From Lama glama (taxonomy: Eukaryota), in assembly GCA_028534125.1 (NCBI GenBank), contig CM052839.1, positions 6,324,001 to 6,388,000 of the forward strand: a stretch of 64,000 nucleotides of DNA. Direction: 5' to 3'. Of this stretch, positions 36,816 to 49,700 are shown piece after piece. Within the stretch, counting starts at the first letter, position 1, and every line of letters begins with the position of its first letter. The notes under the pieces were generated by a model. That model was not told the DNA's origin. It ran no database searches and saw only the letters and a list, made by a program, of their open reading frames with translations. The translations under genes and the position numbers were made by a program.

Positions 36816-36965
36816 TGTTTCCCTAGGGGGGAGATAATTAGGTTTATTTATTCATCATCATCATTATTAATTATTATTGTTTTTTAGAGGAAGTGCTGGA
36901 GATTGAACCCAGGACCTCATGCATGCTAAGCATGCACTCTGCCACTTTAGGTATATCCTCCCCCC
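36816..36965 (-). mobile_element. vic-1-type SINE
   Basis: Reverse complement of the consensus (GATTGAACCCAGGACCTCATGCATGCTAAGCATGC), with an AGTATTC-like TSD on both sides. Confidence 0.88.
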
Positions 36966-38489
36966 AGTATTCTTAATATTAATAGTTGTTAACACACACA
37001 TTTAGAAATGGAAGAAAAGTCTAAAAGTAATTATGTTGCATCAAACTGCTAATTCTTTAATAGAGTTTGGGAATTTTTATATCTAAAAATCATTAAACTT
37101 AGAGAAATAAAGCAGCTATTATACACTGTCAGAAAAAAGGTATAAATGAAACAAACATTGTGGTTGAGGGAGGGTGTCAGATGATTTGTAATCCCTATAG
37201 TTTAGGTAATATCAAGGAATTATGCATCTGATGTGTCATGTTACAGAATCTTATTTCAAAATACATATACATATCAAATCATATATGTGTGCCTTAAATG
37301 TACACAATGTTATATGTCAATTTTATCTCAATAAAGCTAGAGGAAAATGTCTTTAATTTTTTAATAAATGAATTTTCTTAACATTAGTGGTAAATGATTT
37401 TTAAGTTATAGTTTGTTACTATGAATATTTTTGTTATATAATGACATTTAGTTATAAGTATCCATCAGTATTTAATTTTCTATAAATTCAGAGTGAAGCA
37501 TACTTTCTACATTAGTCTTTTGTAATGGACGACCTCATTTTTAAAAATACTAAATATATTAAATTGTTGACGTAAACTATAATTTGTAGGTATTAGTATA
37601 TTAGTATAATCTATTTACTGTAAAGTAGTCCCAAAGTATATAGTTTTTTATATAGTTATATATATAAGTTAATAACACTTTATATTTGGTCATGTGTCCA
37701 CATATAATTGTGAAATTAGATGCCTTGATTATTAAGAGACGTATCTAATGTGTAAAATTTGAAAACCCACTCACTACCACTGTATTATTGCTGCTTTTTG
37801 AGAGTTTGCATTGTCAAGAAGCGATGCAATCCTTGGATTATTTGATCTTGGGAACTTCATTGCAAAGTTTTTTTTGAAGGGGGTATGTTAATTTATGATA
37901 AATCGTGGTGTGGATACACTCTTGAAAATGCTAAGCATTCTTTTGTTTTAATGGACTCAGCTCAATTTAGGATGAAGAATTTTGCATTTTGCTATTTATT
38001 AAGAACTATTTTTGTTAGAATTTAAAACACTAGAGAACCTCCAAAAATCTGTCTAATGCCATCTTTGGTTTGTAGGAAGTAACTTTTCAGAGAAGAAAGC
38101 ACAGTATATGCTTATGCAAACAGTCTGGCCAGGTAAACGGAATGTAGTTATATCTGGTTGAGGGCATTTCAGGTACAGAAAAGTATGAATAAGAAAATGC
38201 AAATATTTTGCAAATTTTTTAGTAAACATGAATTATTTTTATGAATAGATAAATGAAAGAACAGGAATAAAATGCATTTTTAAGAAATAAGATATATGTA
38301 TTAAAATGCAGCATTTTAAACTTTCTCATAGTGCAAAATAGTATTAGGCTTATTCAGATAAATCAGAAATTTTTATCAGTGCTGTTCCAGTGAAAGATTC
38401 TGGCCTCAGAAACTGCTGGGAAAGATACTGTAATTTCCTGCTTTGTGCTTTTAATTATTTAATTTATTACTTTTAATTATCCCATATGT

Positions 38490-40113
38490 CCTCCGTTTAT
38501 ACCATGGAATACACTACTCAGCAATAGTAAGAAACATACTATTGATACAGAAAACAATTTGAATGATGTCAAGGGAATCATGCTGAATGAAAAAAAGGTA
38601 ATCTTAGAAGTTTGCATATTCCATGATTCTCTTTATATAAAATTCTTTTTTTTAATTGTGGTCAAAAGCACATAAAATTGACCATCTTAATCATCTTTAA
38701 GTGTACAGTTCTGTAGTGTTAAGTATATTCACATTGTGAAACAGATCTGAACTTACTCATCTTGAAAAATTGAAACCCTCTACCCATTAAATGACTTCTC
38801 CTTGCCCCAGCCATTAGTAACCACCGTTTTACTGTTTCTGTGAATTTGATTTATATGAGTTGAATCATACAGTATGTGTCTTTCTTTGACTGGCTTATTT
38901 ACTTAGTGTAATGTCTTTAAGTTTCATCCATGATGTNNNNNNNNNNNNNNNNNNNNNNNNNNNNNNNNNNNNNNNNNNNNNNNNNNNNNNNNNNNNNNNN
39001 NNNNNNNNNNNNNNNNNNNNNNNNNNNNNNNNNNNNNNNNNNNNNNNNNNNNNNNNNNNNNNNNNNNNNNNNNNNNNNNNNNNNNNNNNNNNNNNNNNNN
39101 NNNNNNNNNNNNNNNNNNNNNNNNNNNNNNNNNNNNNNNNNNNNNNNNNNNNNNNTATTTATTTTTTTCTTAAGTAAACTTTATTTTTAGGGCAGCTTTG
39201 GATTCACAGCAAAATTGAGTGAGAGATTTCCTGTGGTACGCCTGTCCTCATACAAGCATGGCCTCCTCCCCCATTATCAACATCCTCTACCAGAGTGATA
39301 CATCAAATTGAGTGGTTTTATGTTTAATATTTTTGAGGAGTCTGCATACTGTTTTCCGTAGCATTAGCACCATTTTACAGTCCTACCAACGGTACACAAG
39401 GATTCTAATTTTTCCACCTTTTGCCAACGCTTGTTTTTTTTGATAGTAGGCATCCTTACTGATGTGAGGTGCTCATAGTTTTGATTTGTATTTCTCTGAT
39501 GATTACTGACACTAAGCAACTTTTCACATTCTTGCTTGCCATTTGTAGATTATCTTTGGCAAAATGTCTCTTCGGGTCCTTTACCCATTTTTAAACTCAG
39601 GTTATTTGACTTTCTGCTGTTAAGTTCTTTGTATAGTATAGATATTANNNNNNNNNNNNNNNNNNNNNNNNNNNNNNNNNNNNNNNNNNNNNNNNNNNNN
39701 NNNNNNNNNNNNNNNNNNNNNNNNNNNNNNNNNNNNNNNNNNNNNNNNNNNNNNNNNNNNNNNNNNNNNNNNNNNNNNNNNNNNNNNNNNNNNNNNNNNN
39801 NNNNNNNNNNNNNNNNNNNNNNNNGTCCCATATCATGAAGCTTCTCTAGTAGTTTTATAGTTTAGGTCTCATGTTTAAGTTTTAAGGTTGAAAAGACTGT
39901 CCTTTCCCCACTGAATGATCTTGACACCCTTATACAATTTTTGAAATGTCAAAATTGTAGAGATGGAGAATAGGTTACTGGTGTTTAGGGATTCAGGATA
40001 GTAATGGTGTATGGCTATAAGATGGCTGCATGATGAATCTTTGTGGTGATGGAACAGTTTGTATCTTAAACAGTGGTTACACAAATCTGTAGATAAAATT
40101 GCATAGAACTAAC

Positions 40114-40163
<50 letters not shown>

Positions 40164-40335
40164 TGATGCAGTCTGAATAAAATGTGCAAATTGTACCAGT
40201 GTCAGTTTCTTGGGTTTTTATACCATAGTGATACAGGATGTTAGCATTGAGGGAAACAGTAAAGGGTATAGATCTTTCTGTACTATTTTTTCCATTGTTC
40301 CGTTAATCTGTGTATCAAAATAAAAGTTGAAAAAA
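38490..40335. mobile_element. Nested L1s: an old sense L1 3' end (38490-38645, 39930-40335) interrupted by an antisense L1 (38646-39930) that contains two gaps
   Basis: Sense piece reads CCATGGAATACACTACTCAGCAATAG and ends TCAAAATAAAAGTTGAAAAA. Antisense piece reads AAAATTGACCATCTTAATCATCTTTAAGTGTACAGTTC and CATTTTACAGTCCTACCAAC. Confidence 0.75.
40116..40160. repeat. (CA)22 microsatellite
   Basis: Perfect CA dinucleotide run. Confidence 0.98.
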
Positions 40336-41755
40336 GTCACTTGTAACCAAAGCATTTTTATCAGTCTTTTTTCATATAGAGAACTCCTTTTTTAAACTTA
40401 CTCTTCATAGTTAGAAACATAGCAGCATAGTTGCCATATTAACACTTTCAAGAAATAAAAAGTTGCAATTGAGAAATGTGTAATTTGAGATAGAAATTCC
40501 ATCTTAATTTAAAATAACCCTCATTTAAACTTCTTGTGCTGTTGTTTGGCAATTGGAAGAAAGGATCAGTATAAAAATTCATTTGTTGAGCTCTTGTGTG
40601 CAGTTGTATTGAGAAATGCTAGGAGAATGCAAGGATATTGGTCAGGTATTCCTGCCTTGAGGTGCGACATTTAGTAGTAGGCATTGATGGACATGTAAAC
40701 AGTTATAATGCAGTATGGTAAATACATATGTATATGTGGAAGGAGCAGAAAGTAGCACTGAGGAAGGCGTGATTAATTATGGGGGAGTGCAGTGAGATCA
40801 GGGAAGGCTTCATAGGAAAAGGACTATATTTGGATACAGCAGAATCAAGATGTCAGTTCTTAAAAATCTTTGCATTTATCAGTGTAGAGAAAACAGTAAT
40901 TAGAATTACTTAGCATTACAAATCTAAAGTTGACAGATTTAAAACAAATATGTGTTTTCGTGAGATAACTAACCCTGTTGAAGATTTCCAAGAAAATAGT
41001 CTGGACACAACTTGCAAGGGATGGCAGTAATTTGTAATTTAAAAAATTGTAAAGCACCTAAGCCTGCTTACTTCATGAATATATAAACTTATTTAAAAGA
41101 GGAAAGAGGGCAGAAGGGAAACTTAAATCATTGAGTGCCTGTCACATACTCTTCATGATCCTAGGACTTTCCGTATGTGGTCACATTCAGTTCTTACATC
41201 AGATCTTTGGAGTAAATATTATCATCTTTTTGAGATAAGGAAATTGCGGTTTATATTATATCTGAAAATTTCCCCAACCTATTCCTGATGGAGCTGGCTG
41301 GCAGAAATACATCTGTCTGCTGATGAAACCCTATCCCTTTCCTTTAACATTTTGGGGGTTGTTAGACTCTTTTGAGAATCTAGTAAGCGTTAAAGACCTT
41401 CTCCTCAGAAGAGTGTACACCCACAACTTTGAGTATTGTTTCAGAGGGTTTTCTGATCTCTTGAGAGAAGCTCATTTATACATAACATTCAGTGATGCTG
41501 TCTCTTACATCATTCATTTAGCAAATTTGATGTCTATTTTGTGTGCTGTATAGGGGTGCCAAATGAGTAAGTTATTCTTGTATTCCAGGAACTCACATTT
41601 TGTAGAAAATCCCATCAGTGGACTGTTTTAAAGTATTAAAGAAAAGTCAGGGAAACTTTGCTTCTACCTGTCTGGATCATGGAGGGCTTTGAGGAGTTGG
41701 TGGCGTTTGGCTTTTAAACAATATGTAAAATTTGATCACACGAAATAGGAAAGTA

Positions 41756-41903
41756 GGGGGAGGGTATAGCTCAGCCGTAAAGAGCATGCTTAGCATGCAC
41801 AAGGTCCTGGGTTCAATCCCCAGTACCTCCCCTAAAAAACAAAAATTAAAAATTAATTAAAAAATGCATAAAGAAATCTAGTTACCCCCCCTATAAAAAA
41901 AAA
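41756..41903 (+). mobile_element. vic-1-type SINE, first unit of a tandem pair
   Basis: GGGGGAGGGTATAGCTCAG...GGTTCAATCCCCAGTACCTCC, with an expanded internal A-rich segment. Confidence 0.9.
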
Positions 41904-41907
41904 GGTT

Positions 41908-42040
41908 AGGGGGAGGATATAGCTCAAGTTGTGTAGAGTGCATGCCTGGCATTCATAAGGTCCTGGGTTCAATCCCCAGTACCTCCTTCAAAAAATAAGT
42001 AAGTAAACCTCATTACCTACTCAACCCCAAAAAATTAAAG
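41908..42040 (+). mobile_element. vic-1-type SINE, second unit of a tandem pair
   Basis: GGGGGAGGATATAGCTCAAG...GGTTCAATCCCCAGTACCTCC...AAACCTCATTACC, then an A tail. Confidence 0.9.
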
Positions 42041-43451
42041 TAGGAAAGTATTTAAGGCTGAGGGAAAAGAACAAGCAAGACAGGCTTGTGCTGTAAACAA
42101 TTCAGTGTGGTTGGAGTATGTGATAAACTGAACCAGTGGGAAAAGTGGAAAGATTGGTTGGTATTTGTGGAAGACCTTAGAAATACTGAGTATGGAATCT
42201 TATCTGAGAAGTTGGAAAGTGATGTGATCAAAATATGTTGGACCATTGCTTGTTATCTGTGGTCAAAGGCCAGTTTAAAATTTTTTCCAATTCATTATGT
42301 AATGAACTTAGAAAAACAATAAAGATGAATTATTAGAAAAATAAAATAAAAAAAGATAGAATTGAACCCATACTTTATAATATTAAGTTCATCATATAAA
42401 ATGACCATCAAAGGGCTGAGTTTCTAAATGCTTGCTCTGGCTGACTGTCACGGACCAATGACATTTTGGTAGATTGGCACCAGGTAATGGACCACAATTT
42501 AGCACTGCTTTAGACAAGGTGGAGGAAGGACATTAGACTACAGTCTCTGCATGAGGACCGAGATTTTTGTTTTTATCTATTAACTGACATGTCACAACTG
42601 CCTAGAAGCATGGTTGAAACAGCAAGCAACCAATAAATATTTATTGAATGGATTAAAATTACTGTACTAGATCCTCCCCCCTAGCCCCCCACCTCTGGGA
42701 GACTTAAGCACATGTGAATGGAATCTTTTTATATGCTACACCCTAGGGATTCAAAGATTCATAATACAATTCCTGGCTTCCCCTTCTAGTAGGGAAGGTA
42801 GACTTTTATAAACAAATATTGGTTGAAAATTAGAATATATGTACTTCACTACAGTAGTATGGACATTCTTGCCAACCCCCAACTTGTTTATAGCTTTGAT
42901 CAAATGATAGTTGTTGGAACACCTTCAGTGTCTGAGCAAGGTCTTTATTTTCTCTCAAAGCAGTTTCTCTAATGGACAGCTCTATTATGATCAGTTTTTC
43001 TGACTCTATAAATTTCCACACATGAAAAGTTTTTTCCCTCTGTCTTTTAAAGCTTTTTTTCTCTTTCTTTCTTTCTCTTTTTGGTTTAACATCTTCAAAG
43101 TTTCTTTCTGGTTCTCAACCTTAGCTACCAAGCTGGCTGACCACGTTTTCCAGAGGAGGAAACTAAGTTTGGTTTATTCACAATAGTGGAACCAAGACAG
43201 CTAGATTTCATTAATTTCTAAGCCTGTCTTTAACAATATTTAAATTAAGTCTATATAGAGACTAAAAAAATGTATTGATCCAATTATACCTTTCCTGCTT
43301 AGGTCTCAGGGTGTCTGGGGGGGCATACATTCCTTTGATTTTCTTACTTTTTGGAGCATGCGTGAGATATATTTAAAATAAGCATAAGGTAACCTAAAAC
43401 AATGTTTTCTAGAGGAAAATGGGATATATATATTTTAATATATATATTTTT

Positions 43452-43560
43452 GAGCAGAGGATATAGCTCAGGAGTACAGTTCACACTTAGCATGCATGAG
43501 GTCCTGGGTTCAATCTCCAGTACCTCCATTAAAAAAATAAACTTGACTACCCCCCCAAAG
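43452..43560 (+). mobile_element. vic-1-type SINE
   Basis: GGATATAGCTCAG...CTTAGCATGCATGAGGTCCTGGGTTCAATCTCCAGTACCTCC. Confidence 0.88.
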
Positions 43561-45239
43561 AATAATTTTTCTAGTTACAAATGAACATATTTATTGTAGA
43601 TTTGGAAAAGTTAAAACATATGATACAGACATTAGCTATCCCTTTGCAGCCTCTGTTAACATTTCATTATTTTTTTTCCTTGCATTTTGGCTTTTTTGTA
43701 AATTGAAATTCTGAAAGGAAGACCTTTAATGTTAAGGATTTTAGTGAAAGTCATAACTCTTCGAAACTGAGTTTGTTAAAAGTTCCTTTTACATACCGGT
43801 ATAAATGACAAATAGATTTTAAACTCAGGTGACCTTATTACCAAGGCTACTGCTTTTCATACAGTAATACACTGTTTGTTAAACTGAAAACTTTATGTAG
43901 TTTACAAGGGGAACTACTGTTGTTCATGGCTTCATATGATATTTTGAGTTTGTCTATTTCTCATCTTCTATGGTATAGGATTCTAAAACTAAAATGTCTG
44001 TTTCACGGCTTATGTAGAGAGGAGGGTTATTCTGAGGCTTTCCTTGAGGATAGTATTTTTTTGTATTTAACAGTGCATAGGATGGTTTATATTGTCATCA
44101 TTAGCAGTCTAGGACTTTCATCTGTGCTGGTTTCTTTTTTCAAACTGCTGTGAACATCTGTGGTGTGGTAGTACACCAGGGAGACACTGTATTTTTACTG
44201 TCTTTTCTGGTTGTTTTTACATCTCTCCCTTAGGATTACACCTTTGCTGCTGCTTCTGCCATTAGCGCTTGCCTGGTGGAAAAGAACTAAACTGTCCCTA
44301 TCCAATTGGTTTATCTTTAACTCTTACAAGTGCAGCAGCCGCACAGGTGAGGGTGCTATGCTTCTTGCTGCCCTCTTCAGAGTCTATGAATTATGGTATG
44401 GCTGTTGGGGAAGCAGTGCCACTGTGAAAGGCTTTTTTTTTTTTTTCTTCAATTTTTAATTTTAGAACAGTTTTAGTTACAGAAAAATTCTAAAGATAGT
44501 AGAGAGAGTTCCTATATACCCTGGACACCCCCCACCAGTTTCCCCTGTTACTGACATCTTACATTAATGTGGTTCATTTGTCACAATTAATGAAACATAT
44601 TGATAGGTTAACTAAAGTTTATACTTAAACTAAAGTCTATACTTTATTCAAATTTTTTATGAATTCAAAATTTTAAAAAAGTTTTTACTTGATGCCTGTT
44701 CCAGGTGCCTATCCAGGTTATGACACTGCATTTAGTCATCATGTCTTCTTAGTCTCCTCTGTTCTATGAGAGTTTCTCAGAGTTTCCTTGTTTTTCATAT
44801 CTGACACAATTTTGAGGAATACCAGTCAGGCATTTTGTAGAATGTCCCTCAAATTGGGGTTGTCTAATGTTTTCATGATTAGACTGGGGCTTTCAGAAAG
44901 AGTACCACGGAGGTGAAATGCCCTTCTCACCACATGTCAGCCATAACCACATGACGACACTGTTGATGAGAACCTTGATCCTTTGGTTAAAGTTGGTCAG
45001 GTTTCTCCACTGTGAAGTTACTATTTTTCTCTTTTCCTACCCTTTTCTTTGTAAGCTGCTCACAAAGTCCAGTCCACACTCATGTGGGAAGGAGGGATGA
45101 GGCTGCATCTCCTAAAGGGGACACTATCTACTGGAATTCATCTGTAAGAAAGATTTGTCACCTCTCCTATTTATCTGTTAATTCAATCATTTATTCAGTA
45201 TGAGCTTGTATATTTTATTTTGTATTTTGGGTTAAAATA

Positions 45240-45519
45240 TGTATTAGGGTTCTCTGGAGAAACAGAACCAATAGAATGGAGACACAGATAGATCTATATG
45301 TCATGTGATAGTAGGGGCTGGCAAGTCCAAACGCCAGTAGCCTGGCATTCTAGAGGTGAGCAGTGTTGTGCAACTCCAAAGGCAGTGTGCTGGCAGTTTC
45401 CTCTTGAGGGAGGTTAGTCTTTTTAAAAATTAAGGCCTTCAACTGATTGGATGAGGCCCATTTACGCAATGGAGGGTAATCTGCTTTACTGAACATCTAC
45501 TGATTTAAATTATAATCTC
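45240..45519. mobile_element. MLT2-type ERVL LTR (truncated by a gap)
   Basis: TGTATTAGGGTTCTCTGGAGAAACAGAACCAATAG...CAACTGATTGGATGAGGCCCA...GGAGGGTAATCTGCTTTACT. Confidence 0.82.
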
Positions 45520-46644
45520 NNNNNNNNNNNNNNNNNNNNNNNNNNNNNNNNNNNNNNNNNNNNNNNNNNNNNNNNNNNNNNNNNNNNNNNNNNNNNNNNN
45601 NNNNNNNNNNNNNNNNNNNNNNNNNNNNNNNNNNNNNNNNNNNNNNNNNNNNNNNNNNNCTAAGTTGTTTCATCTTTGGTCATTGGGAGTTTATTTTTCA
45701 GGTTGGCTCTTAAGTCCCTTTGACATGCACTTGACCTTTTAGTTTTTAAGCATCTCTTTATTTTCTGATGACTGCAGTATGTGTCAGACCTGTCTTGCAT
45801 TTTCTCTATCCCAGCCCTAGAGTCAGCTATTTTTCCAAGAATACATTCTTGGAAACCAAGATCTGAGCATTGAACGTGTGGTGTCATTACCTTACAGGAC
45901 AGAGGTTGGCAATATGTATACTTAAACTAACATAGGTATGTACACATCTATAATGTTTCTGTATATCCATCTGTATATATATTAAGCTACCCCTAGGTTC
46001 ATTCTGGTTTCTGACTCTAATCAAGTAGCAGTGTTCTTTCTAGCTTTCTCTTCTTGTTTTTCCTGTAACTTCCCTCTTTGTAAAGAACCTGGCCCCCACT
46101 GTTTGTTTAAAAGCAGTTTTAGAAATTTTAACCCATACCCCTGTGGGAAGCAAATTTACACCTAGAGTACAGTGTTTATATATATAGTTCTTTGTCTTTA
46201 TCTTTTCAGTGTACAGCCAAAACATTGATTTCCAACCTTACTTAGGTCAGCTCCATTCCGCTCCCAACCCCTTCAGTGAGATTATGTCATCCAGTTGTAA
46301 TACAGCTGGATTCATTTGTCATAGTCTTCATTCCATCCTTGTTGATTTTTAAAATTTACTTTGCATACATCAAAGTTTATTCTTTGAGATACACATTTCT
46401 ATGGGTGTTGACAAGTGCATAAAGTCACGTATCTACCACCTCAGGGCTATACAGAACAGTGTCACCTTCAAATTCCCCGTGTGTACCCATTGCAGTTGAC
46501 CGCTCCCTCCTTCACCAATCCCTGCAACCACTAATCGGTTTTCTGTCACTATAGTTTTGTTTTTTTCCTAAATTTGTCATATATAGCTCTTAGGGTCTGG
46601 ATTACACTTAAAAATAACCATTAAAAAATTAAAACAATATTATT

Positions 46645-46766
46645 TATTTAGGGGTAGGTAGTAAGGTTTATTTATTTATTTATTTTAATGAAGGTACTGG
46701 GGATTGGACCCAGGACCTTGTGGATGCTAAGCAAGCACTGTACTACTTGAGCAACGTCCTCCCTCC
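46645..46766 (-). mobile_element. vic-1-type SINE (more diverged)
   Basis: GGTACTGGGGATTGGACCCAGGACCTTGTGGATGCTAAGC is the reverse complement of the family core. Confidence 0.85.
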
Positions 46767-49700
46767 ATCACAATGTAATTTTAGAACATTTCCATCACCT
46801 CAGGAAGAAACCTTGTGCCTACTAGCAGTCACTCCTCTTTCCCAGCCCCACACTCAGGCAACTACTAATCTGCTTTCTGTCTCTATGAATTTGCCCTTTC
46901 TGGACATTTGCTGTAAATGAGATAATACAATATGTGTTCTTTTGTTACGGCTTCTTTCACTTGGCATAATGTTTTTAAGGTTGGTCTGTGTTACAGCATA
47001 TTGTATCTGTTGTTCCAGCATCATTTGTTGAAAATACTATCCTTTTCTTACTGAATTACCTTGGAAGTTTTGTTGAAAATCTGTTGACCAACCTATTGTT
47101 GGTGTCTCTGGGGACTCTGTATTCAGTTACATTGATCTGTATGTCTATTTTTATGCCAGTAACACAGTTTCTTGATTATTATTGTATAGTAAGTCCTAAA
47201 ATCATGTAGTGTAAGTCTTCCAACTTTGCTTTTCTTTTTAAAAATTGATTAGGCTTTTTGAGGTCTTTTCAAGTCAGTTTGACACAATTTCTACAAAAGT
47301 CTACTGTGATTTTGAGTGGAATTACACTGAATACATAGATTAATTACAGAAGAGTTGACATCTTAACAAAATTGAGTCTTCCATGAACGTCGTTTATTTC
47401 TCCATTTATTTAGGCATTTTTAAATTTTAGCAAAGTTTGTAGTTTTTCACTGTATAGATTTTCAACCTGCTTTGTTAAATGTATCCATAAGTATTTCATG
47501 TAGAAATATAATTGATTTTTTTGAACTTTGACCTTGTATCGTGTAGCTTTGCTGAATTGTGTTATTAGATCTAGTAGCCTTTTTTTATTTTCTGTAAGAT
47601 TTTTTTACATCTACAATTGTAGTCTGCAGATAAACACAGTTTTACTTTTTCAATCTGTATGTCTTTATTTATTTTTCTTGTTCCACTGGCTATAATCTGC
47701 AGTACAGCATTGCATAGAAGTGGCATAGTGATTCTTCTTGATTTAATTGTTCTGAATCTGGATCACTGTTACTGTACTTTGTTCTTGAACTCTTAGCTCC
47801 AGGGCTGTTGGTAGGTCAGTTCTGTATTTCTCTCGTTGTCGTACTGGCAGTTCTTTCTCTAACGCATTTTTTTAGCCCTCTTCACTAATTTCATAAGCAC
47901 CCAATCTCATTAAATTCTTTCTCAAAACACCAAATGTGTTTTCTTCACCCTGAACCTTGACTGATACACTTCCATTTACCATATGGGTTATTCTTAGGGT
48001 CCTTGGAGACAGTTTCTTTATGGGTCAAATACTAATTGACATTGGAGTAGAACAATGAATGTATTCTGGCCAGTCTCTTTTTTAATGGTTCCTTCATGAT
48101 GTGATAACACTTATGAATGAACTAGATAGAAATAGTTTCTCTATGAAGAATGGGAAGGCAGTATTATCATGAAGATGATATGGTGTTATATTATCTAAGA
48201 GTGGTTTAAGTAACAGTGGCCGTGCCATTTAATTATACTTTGCTTCTTTCAGCTTGTGAGTGCACATTGTTACAGATAGTTTGGCGAGTACAGCAGAAAG
48301 TAACACTGCTTCTTAAAAACAGACATTGTGAATGCTTCATTACTCATTTTGAAATGTTCAAGGTGGCATTAGGTTTTAACTCCCTTGACAGTATTCTTAG
48401 CTAGTTGGTTGAGCCAGACTGTATGGGATAGAAATTTGCTCATTTGTGTATCAGAAAGGAGACTGAAAAATTTCTAAGGGTAATTTGCTTTTCATCAGAG
48501 GTAGTCTTGTTTTTCAGGTAGTTATATGAATGCTGACTTTGAATGCTGTTGGGCTTGGGAGACACTGGAGAAATTGCTCCTTGAAGGAAGTACATTCATT
48601 TAGCAGGGAAGAAAGTTAAGTTTGTAATTGCCGTAACATATGTGGTTCATATAGCAGGAGGAGTTGGGAAAAACATCACCGAGAAAGTGATATCTACACT
48701 AAGACTAAAGGATAATTTTAGGAACTAGCCAGATGTTTGCAAAGGCCAGGACATTGGGGAAACCTAAAGAGGTTCAGAATGGCTGGGGGTGGTGGTGGCA
48801 TGGGTCAGTGAAGGAGTATTAAGCAACCATTTTAAGTATCCATTGAAATAGTCTTCTGTTTAGTCATAAGACTTGGTTAAGGCTCTCAAGATGTGTACTC
48901 TACCATAGGTTTACTCTATGTTGGCCATTTATAGTGTATGTATCTGCACTATAGGTGCTTGGTCATTGAGTATAATTTGAGATTTGCTACTATCATATTC
49001 AGTTTAACCAAGATTAAACTATATTTTTTGAGAATTGACTAAAAGTCCTACAGACACTCCTTTCCTCTGGGGATTCTTAGATGGACCTTGTGGTCTGAAA
49101 TCCCTCTGAAATTGTATTCAAAATTGTACATTTGTGGAGGGAGAGGAGGATCTGTCCCTTAATTTAGATTCTGAGTTTTGAAACCACCTGCCTGCTGATC
49201 GCCCTTTATCCCCTCCCCATGCAACAAGTTAAGTATCATTTGGATGCCCTTAAATGCTGCTTCAGACTCTGCACAACGCTGTGCGTCTGCCCTGCTGCAC
49301 ACCCACTCCATATAGAGGTGTTTTCACTGAATTGTGCTTTGGGTGATAACACGACGATCTCTACCTGTGGAAATACGCTGTCAGTGGCAGCCGTGTGAAA
49401 TTCATTTCGGGTGTTGTGAAGATACTACATAAGGTCCTTCTTTTTAAGGGGATCTTCAGGAGTGAGTTCATTTTTTCTTTAAGCAATGCAAATAATTCTA
49501 TTTAATCAGAAAAATAATTTTTTCAACCTTAGTGATAGTTAGTTGTGTGATTATTTGATCATGTTTCTTTTCTCATATCAGCTGCAGAAATCTTGAATTA
49601 ATTGAATTAGTTATTCATCAGAAATTAAGCACCTACTGGCTTGGAGCTGAAAACGTAGGCTGTTAACCCTGTGAATGTAGACAACTCTGATACGCGTTTT

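Larger units (their letters stand above)
44450..47750 (-). mobile_element. Composite antisense L1 (L1MC/L1MB-like) fragments, interrupted by an MLT2 LTR and a SINE
   Basis: TTTTAGAACAGTTTTAGTTACAGAAAAATT...AGAGAGTTCCTATATACC 3' end, and ORF2-antisense strings such as CCAGCATCATTTGTTGAAAA and GTCTATTTTTATGCCAGTAACACA. Confidence 0.75.
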
